Positions 48,728 to 62,700 of a stretch of DNA of 64,000 nt are shown here, piece after piece (the first letter of the stretch is position 1; each line of letters begins with the position of its first letter). Source of the DNA: Tubulanus polymorphus. Taxonomy: Eukaryota > Animalia > Nemertea. The position numbers and the translations under genes were made by a program. Below the pieces are notes generated by a model that saw only the letters and a program-made list of their open reading frames with translations, made no database searches and was not told the DNA's origin. The stretch lies in the NCBI RefSeq assembly GCF_964204645.1, contig NC_134026.1, forward strand, positions 124,001-188,000, given 5' to 3'.

Positions 48728-51700
48728 GTTACTCAGTCTCTTCTACATTTTAGTTCTACTCGAAAAAACTTTACCCTTAAAACATCGATTATTAATGAAA
48801 ATTAGACCAATCCCTAGCAAAATGAATTCAATGTACGTATATTTGGTCCAGTGATAATGCATGGAGTCGCGAGCTTAAAATCGCTGTTCAAAATTGATCG
48901 ATATTGAATCAATTTTGACGACGTAAGACTGAGTGCTTGTCACGCCATCTGGTGAGTCACAGTTTCCCAGCACGTGTTAGTTACTATAAATTTTCTTTCT
49001 ATCAGTTTTTTCTTCTAGAATTTTCTCTTTATGAAAGTCACTGATTAATTGCGTCCTAGGTTCACTGAGAATTTGAGGGAGAGTTAAAGATATGTTCATT
49101 TCGGTCATGATTTATACGATGATTTAGCAATGCCTGGATTTTTCCATCCTTACCCCGCACACCCTAGATATCCATCATTGTTTAAGTTGTGAGTTAATTA
49201 ATTTTCGCGTATAACAGAAGAATATGAGACGGATTTCTCATCACGAAGATGATTAACTCTATTCAGGGGATCAAGTGAATCCGCAACCGATCATCGTCAG
49301 AATCTAGCATCAAATTGCCCGCTACACTTGTCGATCGAATATTATCATGTACACGTCGTTTTGTGACCTTCGATGAAAAGTCAGTAACGACAACTGATAG
49401 AACGTTATTGGGTATAATTTGTCAATTACGGAGCCGCCCGCGCGGGTGACGAGCGCGTCACCGAATTGACCTATCTTTACAATAGGAAATCATGCGGGGA
49501 ACCCCACTCCCGCTGTGAGGACGAGTTTACAGACAGAAATCCTTGATTGCTAATAGTCGTATATTAGATTTTGACCCAGTTCCTCAGTTGGCAAATAAGA
49601 TCTGATTCTTGAGCGAAAACATCGGAAATTTAACTCATTCACTCAAAATTCTGCCGCTTACAGCATTACATTATTACATTATTTATCTTACTGGACACAT
49701 TATACACATCCCTAGAATTTCCTGGTTTAGCTACTTACGGCGGAGTCAGGTTCTATTATTTGCCCCCGACGCAATAAGATCAAGTCACGAGTCACTGGAG
49801 TCTATCGTAATCTGCATCAACGTCCATTCTTTTCAAATTTTCGGAGGAAAAAAACTATAAATCTTATGGAATATTTCGAGTTTACGTCGTCAGGAATGTT
49901 AAACACGATATCGGTTTTGAATGTACACTAGATGTGACAGTGATCGCTATTGAATATTCGATACACGTTACCTGAGTTTATCAATCTCCAGCCAGCGGGT
50001 AAATACCGCTACGTTACGGTACACTTACATCGATAGTTTCAAATACTGGTGCACTCGGTGGGAATTTAAATCAATTATTTCGTTTCTCCTATAAAACTAC
50101 CGTTCTGTAGTTTCTATCTACCCGTAATGTGTATTAATTGTTCGCCTTTTTAAAGAGATACGTGTACGAAGATTTTAGAAAAAAACCTCAAATTTTCTGT
50201 CGCACGAAAGGAAGGGCGACCCTCATACGCAGACTTCACTTGTTTCCTTCTTTTCGCATGCCCAAAAATCATAACAATCTTTTGCGCAGTATTTGACCAG
50301 GCTCTGATCTGACTTCAGTCTGTAAAGACGGCTAGTTTTCTGCGATGTTAGAGATGTAAGGAATAAGAGTCGGTTGTCCACGACGATGATGCAGTGTTCT
50401 TAAAGAATATTCGGCATCCGATATCGCGATTAAGCACTGTTTATCCAGGCGACCCTTCATAATACTTAATGCAGCATCGACAGAAACAAAGAAATCAGTC
50501 CCGTGTCCGGTTGCGTATCGTGAATTCCAGGTTTAGAGTGCAATCTAAAAAGGCGATTAACGCAGTTTCTCATTTTATGTCATCGACGTCAATAAAAGCC
50601 GGTTTTATATAATAATCCTCAATCCTCGTCCAGTAAATAATATCCCTTCAATTCAAGCTCAATTCTTATTAAAAACATAAGCGAATGATGAAAAAATGTT
50701 ACTGTTTCTACTTTTACCCGCAACAACGCGAGTGAAAGATAGCGCTTTCCTATAGAATCGTGGACTAAAAAATGAATAAAAACTAATAGATGCTGATAAT
50801 AATAGATTAATGCTCGGTTAATTTGCAAAATGTCGATAATCGAAACAGCTTCATACGTATTATAGTAATCTACGTGTTACATGTAACATATTTCAATCAT
50901 GCAAACTCTTGACGCAACATTTTTACATCCAAAACATATCTCATTTTCGACCCAGCTCGTACCAGTACAGAAGATTATCGTACATTGACTTTTGATTTAC
51001 TTCATTGTAATTGAAATGATAGCCCCGTCTGTCTGAGACCGTAGACAATTAGATCAGGTTTGCATATTTAACGAGACATTAAGAGGAAAGCGATAGTTAA
51101 GGTTAATTTGTAAAGGTACAGCTCGAGCCGCTCGAGTTGTTTTGCTTTGTCTCGTTAAGAACTTCCTGTATAGTTGTTTACGTCTTCACATCGCCATCCA
51201 GTCTGCGAGACGTTCCATACACCACCCGCTATACATAACATACTAAATCAACTGAAGCCTCGCTTAGCTTCATACGTTATTTCGCTCATGAAATGGTCGT
51301 TTCTCGCCACAAAGTTTGCGGTTTCTTGCATAGACGCAAACGAATATGTTTTATAAATCGGTTCAATAAGGTCGCGGCATTCGCAAAATAGTCTCAGAAT
51401 TTCTTTAAACATTTAAGACTACTGCTACCAAAGATCGTTACTATAGGACGTGGATTTGATTTATTGATATCCTAAAATCTCAGCCCATTTTCTTTCAGGG
51501 GCGAAAGGGCGAATCACCTTGAAAGGCAAAGCGATGATAATGAGGAACTAATTGAAATAAGATTTTTGAATTAATGGAAATAATCAATGCATTAGACTAG
51601 AGTGCAACACTTTCAGAACATAATAATTGTTTTGTCGGGTTTGACAGGAACATTTCTAGTAGAAATTGTAAATTTGATTAAACGCGATTCTAATAATGGC

Positions 51701-52675
51701 CACGTCAGTTTATTCATTATAATGATTGCATTTGCATCAATGTTTGTAGATGATAAACACGATTGAATTCATACGTGCAAAAATTCCATTAGCAGAATGT
51801 GTAAAACGCAGCGGTTTTTAAATCATTTTTGGCGCGATAATCGTCCTCTGTCGTTGCCGTTCTCTTTCTCACTCGATCGCTCGTAATCGAAATACTGAGA
51901 TTCGTACCATTTCAAGGTAACGATCGCCATAATCGTATTTTGCATTAAGTGCAAGAGAAATACGGCGTCGATGTATTAAGTAAATTTGTCATGTCGGTTG
52001 CAAAATGTGTCCGTACGGATTATTACCATTAGTGACGCGTAATGGACTCTTACTGTAAATCAGTAAACACTGTTTCCCGCCAACTACTATAGCGTTTTAT
52101 CTAGATTATATTTCATCTGAAAATTTAACGATAGCGGAAATTTTGAGTGGAAAATAATCGAAATTGTAAATGCAGAAATCTATCTACAGGGCGATAGTTT
52201 AACGTCCGTGGCAGCCGACGAACCATTTTCATTCGATCTAAATATAGTATGAATTCATACTGCAATATCTAGACTTATACCGGTAAAAACCGGTAAAAAA
52301 AGAATTCTTCGCTGCTGACAAAATAAGTCTCGATTCTTAAACATTTTGCGGCATCTTTTCATCAAAGCCCGACTCTTTTCTCGGAGTATTCCTTTCCTGT
52401 TTCGAATAGTTTTCTCCGACAAGTCGCTAAACTAAATCTAAGTGCTTTCCGCGCTAATGTTTGAAATACATGCATTCGATGTAGTTTTAGCGGTAGCACC
52501 GAGTCGTCGTACTAAACATCTCAGGAGAGATGATGATCGCGCACGAGTTTCAGCACGAAACTAAATTCCACGTTAATTTACCACAGCGGTTCCTCGTAAA
52601 TGTATTTCCGATCAAGACACCCGGGTTAATGGACTGTAAGATACGCATTTTCCTTTTCATTTTACGAAGACATCT

Positions 52676-52768
52676 GTGTGTATTGCTAATAGTCGGGCTA
52701 TCATTCTGTGTATTGCTAATAGTCGGCTATCATTCTGTGTATTGCTAAAAGTCGGGCTATCATTCTGT
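52676..52768. repeat. Minisatellite, ~30-bp unit x3 (TGTGTATTGCTAATAGTCGGGCTATCATTC)
   Basis: Directly visible; lies about 100 bp upstream of tRNA copy 2. Confidence 0.9.
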
Positions 52769-52874
52769 AACTCGAAATGATTTTGGATATTTCATTATAG
52801 AAATATCTAAATATTTTGGTCGATAGACACGAATATGGTAAATTTATTCCTAAATAATTTCTCTACAGCACACT

Positions 52875-52946
52875 TCCCATATGGTCTAGTGGTTAGGATT
52901 CCTGGCTTTCACCCAGGCGGCCCGGGTTCGATTCCCGGTGTGGGAA
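52875..52946 (+). tRNA. tRNA-Glu, anticodon TTC (copy 2)
   Basis: Identical 72 nt to copy 1 with unrelated flanks; TTTT terminator at 52955-52958. Confidence 0.97.
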
Positions 52947-54251
52947 CTATCTTATTTTAGGACTGTAGCCAACTTCATATACAATCGCCTAAACGCATGT
53001 ATGAGGTTTAATTAAGAATTATCTTAGGTCTTAATTGCAAATATAATCATTCTTTTTAGCCGACCTTGCAAATGGTCTCGTTGACAAGTTAATCGTCGAT
53101 TTCATCCATGTATGGATTAATATTTATTACCGTATGGCGCTTTATTGCTTTTTCGTTTCGCGGAATCATTTCCTAATTTACATCGCAAAAGAGTCAGACA
53201 TCTCAAGATGCGGGATACGTCTGCAAGACCGTGAATAAAGATAGCTGATGAGTGTGCGAGTGTGCGTGCGTGCGTGCATGTGTGCGGTGTCTGAAGGGAT
53301 GTGACATCTAGAAATGTCCTTTTAACTTATTCACTCAAATTAACATTTTTACAGATATCTTTTGAATAATGATGAAAACACGTGCTCGGCGTCTTTGCGG
53401 TAAAAACGGTTATTTTCATAAGAAGACGCATCTAATCCGAACTTTCAGCAACATCGATTTCAACGAGAGACCTTTTAGACCGAACTAAGCCAGATAGACC
53501 GCGGTTGGCATTTAGAATTCTTAAGACGTTCTCTAAGCTTACAACGGCGTCAAGGACTGAAATATATGCATTTCTAGGGAGACCGCGGGATTTACGTGTT
53601 TACTGTACGGAATTGCTATCTTTTTATTGGAAAGATGAAGTCTATAAAATTGAAAACTTCAAAGACTCAATAATCGGCAGTTATCGAATTGATATTTCAG
53701 ATAATGAATTTTTCTTTATAAAAACATCATCGACGTATTTTAAAGTGATCAAATCTTTGTTGACAAATTTAATGATTAAAATCGACTTAAAAGAAGGAAT
53801 ACGAAATATGAAAATGACTCGCACTAGGGAATAGTAATGATAAGGAATAGATTTTGACTCTTTCAGATGAAATCTTTTGATCGTGTATCAATATGTCCAA
53901 ATAAATCCCAGACGTAGACGACATTCAGAGAAACTCTTTATAATCAGACGCGCGCCTGAAAAAACAAGATACACGATGATTTATAATAATATTCGATTGT
54001 AGGAAATATCGGTGCGGGTTTTATTGCGTATGTATTGTATAAACTATATCTGGCGCATTGCTGCTGTTCTGATGGGTGTCTGGATTGTAATAGACGCGAC
54101 GCCGGATTCGATAAAGATACCAACAAAATAAGAGAATCTTCTCTCTTTCTATTATGTATATTGATAAAAGTATATACGTTTACGAAATGAATTGCTATCA
54201 GTTATGAGATAGGAAATGTCTGTCAACTCTACTCCGACCGTTACATGCTGC

Positions 54252-54436
<185 letters not shown>

Positions 54437-54712
54437 TCATCATAGTGAATAAGCACGCCACAGAAATTGACCGTATTGTTCTTATAATCCAGTATTAATC
54501 CAGTATTCGACTGATAGAATTTTAATATCTGGAAAATGTGCAACGAATCGAAATTTGCCTCAAACAAAAATTTGAAATAGAAGTTAGAACATCTTCGACT
54601 CGATGCAACTGGTAACGCTGACAATCCTGGTGGCGACAAAGTTTCCAGGTCGAAGGTTCTTCTCTGGTCTCTTCCCAATTGGGAAAAAGAAACATCGAAC
54701 CCGCTTATAATG

Positions 54713-54895
54713 CCCTGAGTGGCACACAGTGGGTTGAAGTAGCCCTGCGTGGCACACAGTGGGTTGAAGTAGCCCTGCGTGGCACACAGTGGGTTGAAGT
54801 AGCCCTGCGAGGCGCGCTGTGGGTCGAAGTAGCCCTGCGTGGCACACAGTGGGTTGAAGTAGCCCTGCGAGGCGCGCAGTGGGTTGAGGTAGGCC
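54713..54895. repeat. Minisatellite, 30-bp unit x6 (GGCACACAGTGGGTTGAAGTAGCCCTGCGT)
   Basis: Directly visible. Confidence 0.95.
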
Positions 54896-55029
54896 CGCTA
54901 TTGAAAGAAAAAAATTTGAAAAAAACAGTCAGTCAGGAACTTATTAATCTTTTTAATAGTGGCATTCCGTGCCTCAACATCATTTTTCATCTTGTTTCGT
55001 TTGTATTTATTTGGTGATCAATTTCACAG

Positions 55030-55072
<43 letters not shown>

Positions 55073-58000
55073 CCATACGCGGAAGTGTCGTTCGTGAAAA
55101 ACACCGTTTAGAAATGAAACGATTAATTTGGAGCCTGTCGACAATATTCAGACAGCGTGTTTATAAGACCCTGGATTTTATCGCTAAAATGTCGTCGAAA
55201 ACTTTTTCATACTTTTAATGAAAAAATTGGCACTGAATTCTCACTAAACAACGTGAATAGAATCGAATGGATGAGCGTCTGGTATCTTCTTGACAATGCT
55301 TCACCTCGAGCTCTAACTTATTCAATGCCAGGCATTTCTTGAATATTTTAAACACGAGAGGATTCTATTAGCCTGTAGCAGCTGCTGTTACATGAAAAAT
55401 ATTCATCGCACAATTTTCGGAAAAAAAACTGAGAGATCAACGTGAAACTTGCTAAATTGATTTAATGTTCGGTGACAATTTGGATACAGGTCCAGGTTCC
55501 ACGGTTGATTTTAACTCACTGAAAAAGAACTAATTTCAACTCAGAGATTACTCGCACTCACAACTGTAGAACTGTGTCCGGGGTTTGGATCCTTTAAATT
55601 GTTTAGAAGTTTTAGGAAATGCATTGAAAATATAAGGGCTATTTTTAAAGAATGTTTTTTTTTTCATGATTTCGAAGAAAAAATAATTCAAGGAAAAGAC
55701 GAAGACTGTGAGAGGATTGATCATTATCTAACATTTCTATTCAGTCTATTATTGAATCTAAGATGTCGATTACTGTTCTTTAGCTGCCATAAATACGTTG
55801 TATTCTGATATTCTGAAATAATGATTTAACGTTTTCTAATTTCCTCAGTCTCGCAATTCACTGCACATTTACGGCCGAGAAAAGTAAAACGATTTGGAAC
55901 ACAAAATTGTGAACTTAGAATCAAACCCAATCAACATGTCGTTTTACCAGTGTTCTAATAGAAATCAGCAACGCAGAAGCTAATTATGCGCTCACTTCCT
56001 AAACGGATTTTTAACGGCAATTAAAACCAGTCTAAGACTGCATAATTAGCTAGAAAGCGCTCTTCCAAATGCACTTAAGCGTCATCTTATACTCGACAAC
56101 GACGACCTTCGGAAGGTCATGCAGTACGGAAGTATAAATATTATTCTATTCGCTAAAGGTGACCAAGGTCATCGGATGATAGTCACCGCTACCGAATTCA
56201 TAAGATCGATAATGAAGACTTTACGAGTGTAGACTTACAAGTCATACAGCTATTAATAACCAACCAAAAATGAATTTGATACGGGACTCGCTGCTTTGTT
56301 TGCTTGTATTCAACATAAAGCGAACGTGACTCGTGTTCAGATAGAATACGAGTCAATGATACTTTCTCGCAGTTTGATTCACGGAATACACGCTAGAAAA
56401 TATTAACTGACCGAATATGAATTGATTCTATGATATTTACCGAAACCAGTTCTCTCGCAGGATACAGTCGTATTTCTGCATGCCGTGTATACAAATGGCA
56501 ATATCTTCTGACAATACAATAATACCGTGGATGTTTTACAATCGCACGTAGCCTTAGAAAAAAATCATGACTTCGTTTTGTCCTTGAGTTTTCACTATCA
56601 GCATCATGAAAGCGTCATCATCCTTTAACAGGGGTTTGACCCTGAAAGGATCGCGAGACTTTTCGCGTTGCTCCTTCGATAGGGGTTTTTGAACCAACCC
56701 TGCGGGAATAGCCCAAGTGCTCAGCTTAGCCGCAACTACGAGCAAGGTGCTCATCAGGGTTTCGTGGCGCGGTTGAGTCTCGAAGTCATCAGGCTCGAAT
56801 CCCACCGATAGAGAATTGTTGTCAATCAGAAAAAAAGCTATCGCAAAATTACCCAACTTAAATAATTGATCTTACACATTTTCATAGACCCGCTTTCGCA
56901 ATGGTTTCGTTAACAATGTCGATCAACAGCCTAATACGCAGCGACAACTGTTGGAGATGTCTGTGTTTATTCTTTGTCGCGCAAAAACTTTTTTTCGCCA
57001 TTAATCATTAGTCGGCTTTGTTGGATTCGGCAGGAAGTAACAAACCCTCGATCGAGCACCTGGCGACGCGACAGCACGTGACTTCTGCTGTGGCAGAGTT
57101 TACCAGACTGATAGCCGAATAATCGACACGTTTAATTAGATATGATTTTCAATTCACATTTTTCACCTTTCGTTAATCAATGCGTCAATTTTATCGACAG
57201 GTATTTAACCTTAAACACGCTGTCTGATTATATCCTCGTAACTGCGTCTGGCGCGCACACGACACTAGTGCGCCAGAACCTGATTCGTATTCAACAGCGA
57301 TGATGGACCAATCTTTTTTGGACGGGACCCAGCTCCACAAACTCCACAATTATCGGTTTAGTTGCAAGCAACCGACGTTGAAATGAAGAAGTAAATGATG
57401 AAGAATGTGATGAAGATGATGTTGATGATGATATCGAAGAAGGTTAAGACGAAATAGACGAAGTTATGACTCTAGGTTAATTAATATCAGTTTCATTTGT
57501 TCAATGTTGTCAAATCCTTACAGAGGTCAGGAGGGCTCGTCTGTGGAATTGGTCCAGATTTGTAGAAGTACCTTACACTGATTGACCTAACTGCCACACG
57601 GCTAATGTGTTTTCGGCGCCTGAATCATTCCTAGTGTGGGTCGATGCTATGTCACCGGTTGTGACGGTCAGGCCACGTGAGCACGAATAACAAAGTATTA
57701 GACGTTATGACGTCATCATTAATTAGCATAAATGAGACGTACTTGACCGTGGCCCATGTGGCGTCATAAACAAACGAACGATGTTGTCGTGGAACGTCAT
57801 ATCTATAGATAACTGATTAGTTCGATGACGCATCGATCAAAACTCTTCTTCTTAAAAACCAAAAACCTACAGTAATGTTAACTAGAAAATTCTAAAAAGG
57901 GTGGGCCCACTATTGAGCACAATTGCCTGTATCTGATAAAAGTGAATATCAATAAATAACTAACTACTTTGAATGTTTAGTATCAATATTTCCAGACATA

Positions 58001-58776
58001 TTGAATCAATACGATCAGATAATTGAAGGTTTCTTTTTACGCGTCTCATATCTATTCTGGACCATATTCTGGAAATAAGCCAAGGTCGATATTAAGCATA
58101 GGACCAACAAAATTCGTCACTGTCTGAAAATTGATAAATGGGTGTTGTATATAAGACATACACAGAGGTCTCTGTGGGAGAATATAGGTGTTAATATAGC
58201 GCAACAGTTTTAAGGAGATAAATGAGTCACGTACATTTTCGATGTTCGTTCCATTTTCAAATTTGGCAGCATTTCTCGACGTATATGACCGTCCTGAGAC
58301 CAATTTGAGTATTACACACATTTAATGAGACAGGCTTCACACGGCAATTAGTGGTAACAGCTATTTCCCGAAGTGTCTAATAAGAATATCGTGGGTTACA
58401 TCAGTCCGTTATAGTAATGACAATCCAGTCACTGATATTTCACACTAAAGGTTTGTACTCTATTGTTTTTAATACAGAATCTACTGTTAGTGGTATCGGT
58501 TTTCGATACGTCACACTATAAACCAGAACGACACGATATTTTTTCATCTTGGAAACAAAAACCGAACGACCACACGTGCTAAACAGAGTGAGAATCGTAC
58601 CATTTGCGGGATCCCAAATGCGACAGAAGCAGCTGTTACGAAACAAACAATGTTCTTCTAATTGCGACGAGATTAAAAATAACCATCACTCTCTGTCCAG
58701 TCGTAGATCTGCCGAGATAGATGTAGTAGACTCACTGTACAGAGAGACTTTCAACCGATCTTACAGGCGTCTATCT

Positions 58777-58885
58777 ACCCCTCAGACAACCCCTCAGACA
58801 ACCCCTCAGACAACCCCTCAGACAACCCCTCAGACAACCCCTCAGACAACCCCTCAGACAACCCCTCAGACAACCCCTCAGACAA
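58777..58885. repeat. Minisatellite, 12-bp unit ACCCCTCAGACA x9
   Basis: Directly visible. Confidence 0.95.
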
Positions 58886-59297
58886 ACTGCTATCTATGTC
58901 TAGCCCTAGATTATCTGCACGCACCTCTCCCTCCTCTCCCTAAACATCATTAAATGGGTGAAGCCTGGATAATTCTATTTCTATACGCGGTGATTGTGTG
59001 GATTCAGGTAAAAAGTTACAAATACTTTGAAGGAAAAATGCCCTGTACCGAGACTAGAAGCCTGTTGAAGTGTTGACGATCGGTTTTGTAAGGATGATGA
59101 GCCTAAGGGAAGGGGGGAGGGGTGGGGGTACAAGCAACAGCAGCATGTTTAATAACTATGATAAATTGTAGTATCACAATCATGAACGAATCTTGATTCG
59201 CAATAATATTTCGACCTATGATCGGATATTAATCGCCGCCAGTTGGCATTTGCCCCCGAGGTATGTTGAAGTTTATGATTCAATCTACTATAGCCGA

Positions 59298-59430
59298 TAG
59301 CCTCCCCGTAGCCTCCCGTAGCCTCGCGTAGCCTCGCGTAGCCTCCCGTAGCCTCGCGTAGCCTCGGGTAGCCTCCCGTAGCCTCCCGTAGCCTCGCGTA
59401 GCCTCGGGTAGCCTCCCGTAGCCTCGCGTA
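59298..59430. repeat. Minisatellite, 10-bp unit TAGCCTC(C/G)(C/G)G x13
   Basis: Directly visible. Confidence 0.95.
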
Positions 59431-59579
59431 AAATTTAAATGGACTCAGTTTGTAATGGCCGCATGATGGAATCGATTATGAAGATTCGAATTCACTTCAT
59501 CGAATGGACAAAATGTTTAATGAAGTATCTAGACATTTCTTATATGTCAATGTACAGTAAACCTCATCAGTACGAGTTT

Positions 59580-59758
59580 AGGATTTGAGAGGGGTGGGTT
59601 TAGGAAAATTCGAAGGTCGGGGTTTAAAAAGAAAAATTAAAACCTCAATCGGAAGAGAGCGGTCCAGACCCCAGGTCCCGGCTCCACAGTTCTGAGTTAG
59701 TTCAATTTAACTCAGAACTGTGGAACTGGGTCCACAACCCCGACTAGATCCACCCCTG
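59580..59758. mobile_element. hAT-like MITE remnant (right TIR CTAGATCCACCCCTG) containing a perfect 17-bp inverted repeat
   Basis: The TIR is close to the reverse complement of CAGGGGTGGATTTAG at 37588. The left TIR is missing. Confidence 0.55.
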
Positions 59759-62700
59759 AATTAAATGCAGTTTGTGAAGTACCACAAAATGAGCAATGCT
59801 CTTACAATACCGCGTTATATTCGCAGATTTCTGATAGAATTCAGTTAAGGACAAGTAGATGACATAGAAGTAAATGATTTCATGCAATTTTTATCGCGGC
59901 TCTTCAGCGCGTATGAAGTACGAGATATTGAGTGAGATATGAAGCACTCATCAGCAAAATTGCTGTTTGCTGTAGCTACTATTGTTTAATCTCCAAATGT
60001 CAGAATTTCAATGTCAGAAAGTCTGTTTCTTAGCCGTCTTAGCGATCAAAGAGCGAGCTTCATAAAAACGAACTTATTTCGATCGAATTGAAAAAAGTGT
60101 CGAGGGAAACCTGGTCCATGCAGCGGGATCTCAAATCCTATTCAACACCTGTAATAATTATTTAGTTTATGAAACGTGGCGTTACGTAAAGGCTGGTGAG
60201 TTAGATAAACTGAGCGGTACATGAGGAGTTAACTAAATAAACTGTGTTCTATAAATACCAGCCGGATTCTAGCTGTGGGTATTTTACCAAAATGGATGAC
60301 TTTTGACACCATTTCTACGGTTTGAATGAGGGCCATTTGTGTTATCCTCTAACTTTACCAGTTGTCCAGCTTTTTTGCCTTACAATATTTTGTAATTCCT
60401 TCTATTTCTTATTGTAAATTGATTCGTAAATAGAATATACAAAACAAGGAATGTCTGTTTCAGATAAAAGTCACATCTGCTTTGTAACTTCCTGTATTTG
60501 GAAGTTAGCAATATTTTATATTAATAATTACTAATAGGTAGGCTATAGTTTTTAGTGTAGTGTATAAAGGAGGAATCATGTTGAGGAGACCTACGAGCAA
60601 TCATCTCGTGATTGCTCGCAGGGAAGACGAAAATCCTGTGATTGTGAATATCTCCAGCTATATTCCTCGTGCAGGAATCTTGAATACCGTAATTCCTTCG
60701 CCCTTGAAAGAAGCTTCGCGGAGAAATCCCATCAAGAAAAAACCATCTTCGCGGTATCGAATTTTGTTTATAGTGGATTAAGTTCAGCGCTGTTTGGATG
60801 GATAATGTTGCTTGACGATATGAAACACAAATAAAAAGAAACCAGTTTTAGGCCTAATCCATCATAACGATTCTTGTTTAATTACTAGCACGCACGGTTT
60901 CTAAACGCGTTCTATCAGCTCAATGTATGAATAATTAAAAAGCATTGCATCGATCAATTTTCAAAGTTTTAATGATTAGCCTTGTGTGAATATTTTTTTC
61001 TGTCCACGTCACCGGGCTTTCAGTTCAGTTTCTCAGCGCTGAAGGTTTCTAGGTGTTTTGCATATTAACGAACTGGTGCGGAATCTCGTTAAGACGAGGA
61101 TCGAGCGCTGCGCTATGTGTGAATAGTGCATTGATTAGGTGGTTTTTATAATCTTTTCTGATAGCACTCAAATTGATGATTAATGAAACTTCTACCCAGA
61201 TTATTTATCACTATCACCCTGAAAGTCACCTCCAGTTTAGGAACCAACATAACACATATTTGTACAAGGTTTTATGAGGATATATTTCAAGTTTGTCAAT
61301 GTTATCAAAGCTCACTTCGGGATCGCGGTTACCTAGAATTATAAGCTCTATATGAACGCGAATTGAGTTTACAGCGGACAAGCGGAAAAAATACAACATT
61401 TTCAAAAAGACTAAAACAGCGAATAATTGTGTGATAATGTTCGTTGAAGTTATCGACCGTATCGGACACGGTCCCAGAGACACGTGATTAATTACTTCGG
61501 CGTTCTTTTTCGTTTTTGTATAACCTTAGTCGTTTAGGGGTCAATCAAACTGAATCGTCGACCTAATTCATCAAATAGACATCGGTCGTTCGGAGGGCGA
61601 TTCACTTGAGCGCAAAGGAGAATTCTAGTCCAGTCCCTGTACATTTGTCTTCGTCAACAGCGCAACGACACTGTGAAATTAACCGAGGCTACTAATGCTG
61701 TGTACTGCGTCTGATTACTCGCTCTAAACGCAGTAACTTGGAAAACTTGACGAATTACACGCGAAATGATGCAATATCGGCGAGGATGGCTGTCGTGTGG
61801 CTGCAGGTTGACGATCTCGGCCAAAAGGGCAACCGACAGATGTCCGGAATCACCTGCCCTCTGCCCCTTTCATTGTCTCGGTTTTAGGACATAAACTGCT
61901 CTGAATTCATAGAATACGTACGTGTAATTTCCAACGTGTACAAAAAAAATCGAGCGTGTTTTGAAATGACGGGTGTTGTGTGTAAGCTAAAGGCAAAGAC
62001 TGTCTGGTGTAGATTACACCTTCTCTTTGTACACCACGCTTTTTGCTTCAGGTGTCGGAATCGATCAGGTTTCACCACAGATGAAAACTGTTTGACATAT
62101 ACTTGATTAGTTTCGTTTGGCGAACGCGTTTACGACGCTTTGCCGTTTCGTACGAACCCTCGACGAAACGATGAAAACGTTACCGAGTATCGTGACGTAT
62201 GTTCTCCGCGAGACTTCACGCCGCAAACCGACGAGATACTTAACACTTTACACCCGCAGAATCACCGGTATACCCGGCTGCTGAACACCGGCTCCACACC
62301 GGCTAATGCGTTCAGACAGATTTAATCCTCGCTTCCCTGTGCACCTTCCCACTTACCTCGTGTGATAGTGGCCGTCACTGTGGTGACCCTGTACTATATA
62401 CAGGAAGCCGTTTTGTACTCATCGTCCTATGTGGCGTCCTATAGACGCTGAGCCCGTGACGTCATTGCCCCGTGATGGATATTTTTCATACATCTCCTAA
62501 AAACACAGGCAATTTCTCGCCACAGGTCGATTTGCTTCCAAGTGATCTAAAATAGCATTGATGTTTCGGGGTTTCTATAGACGTCGTTTCAGCAATTGAT
62601 TCTGTTTTCCAGTCAGTCATCCCACTAGGTGGTGTTGGCGTTGTTCAATACCACGAGTCTTCCCCATTTTGATAAGCGTCAAAAGCTAAGATATCATGCG

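Noticed and set aside
53505-53834. 109-aa ORF with EIYAFLG...YW resembling a piggyBac transposase
   Set aside because: The intervening hydrophobic helix is absent, there are no TTAA-bounded TIRs or DDD region, and the start is TTG; probably chance.
58549-58953. 134-aa ORF with TTPQ repeats (mucin-like)
   Set aside because: The frame is kept open by a 12-bp minisatellite; no signal peptide or splice support.
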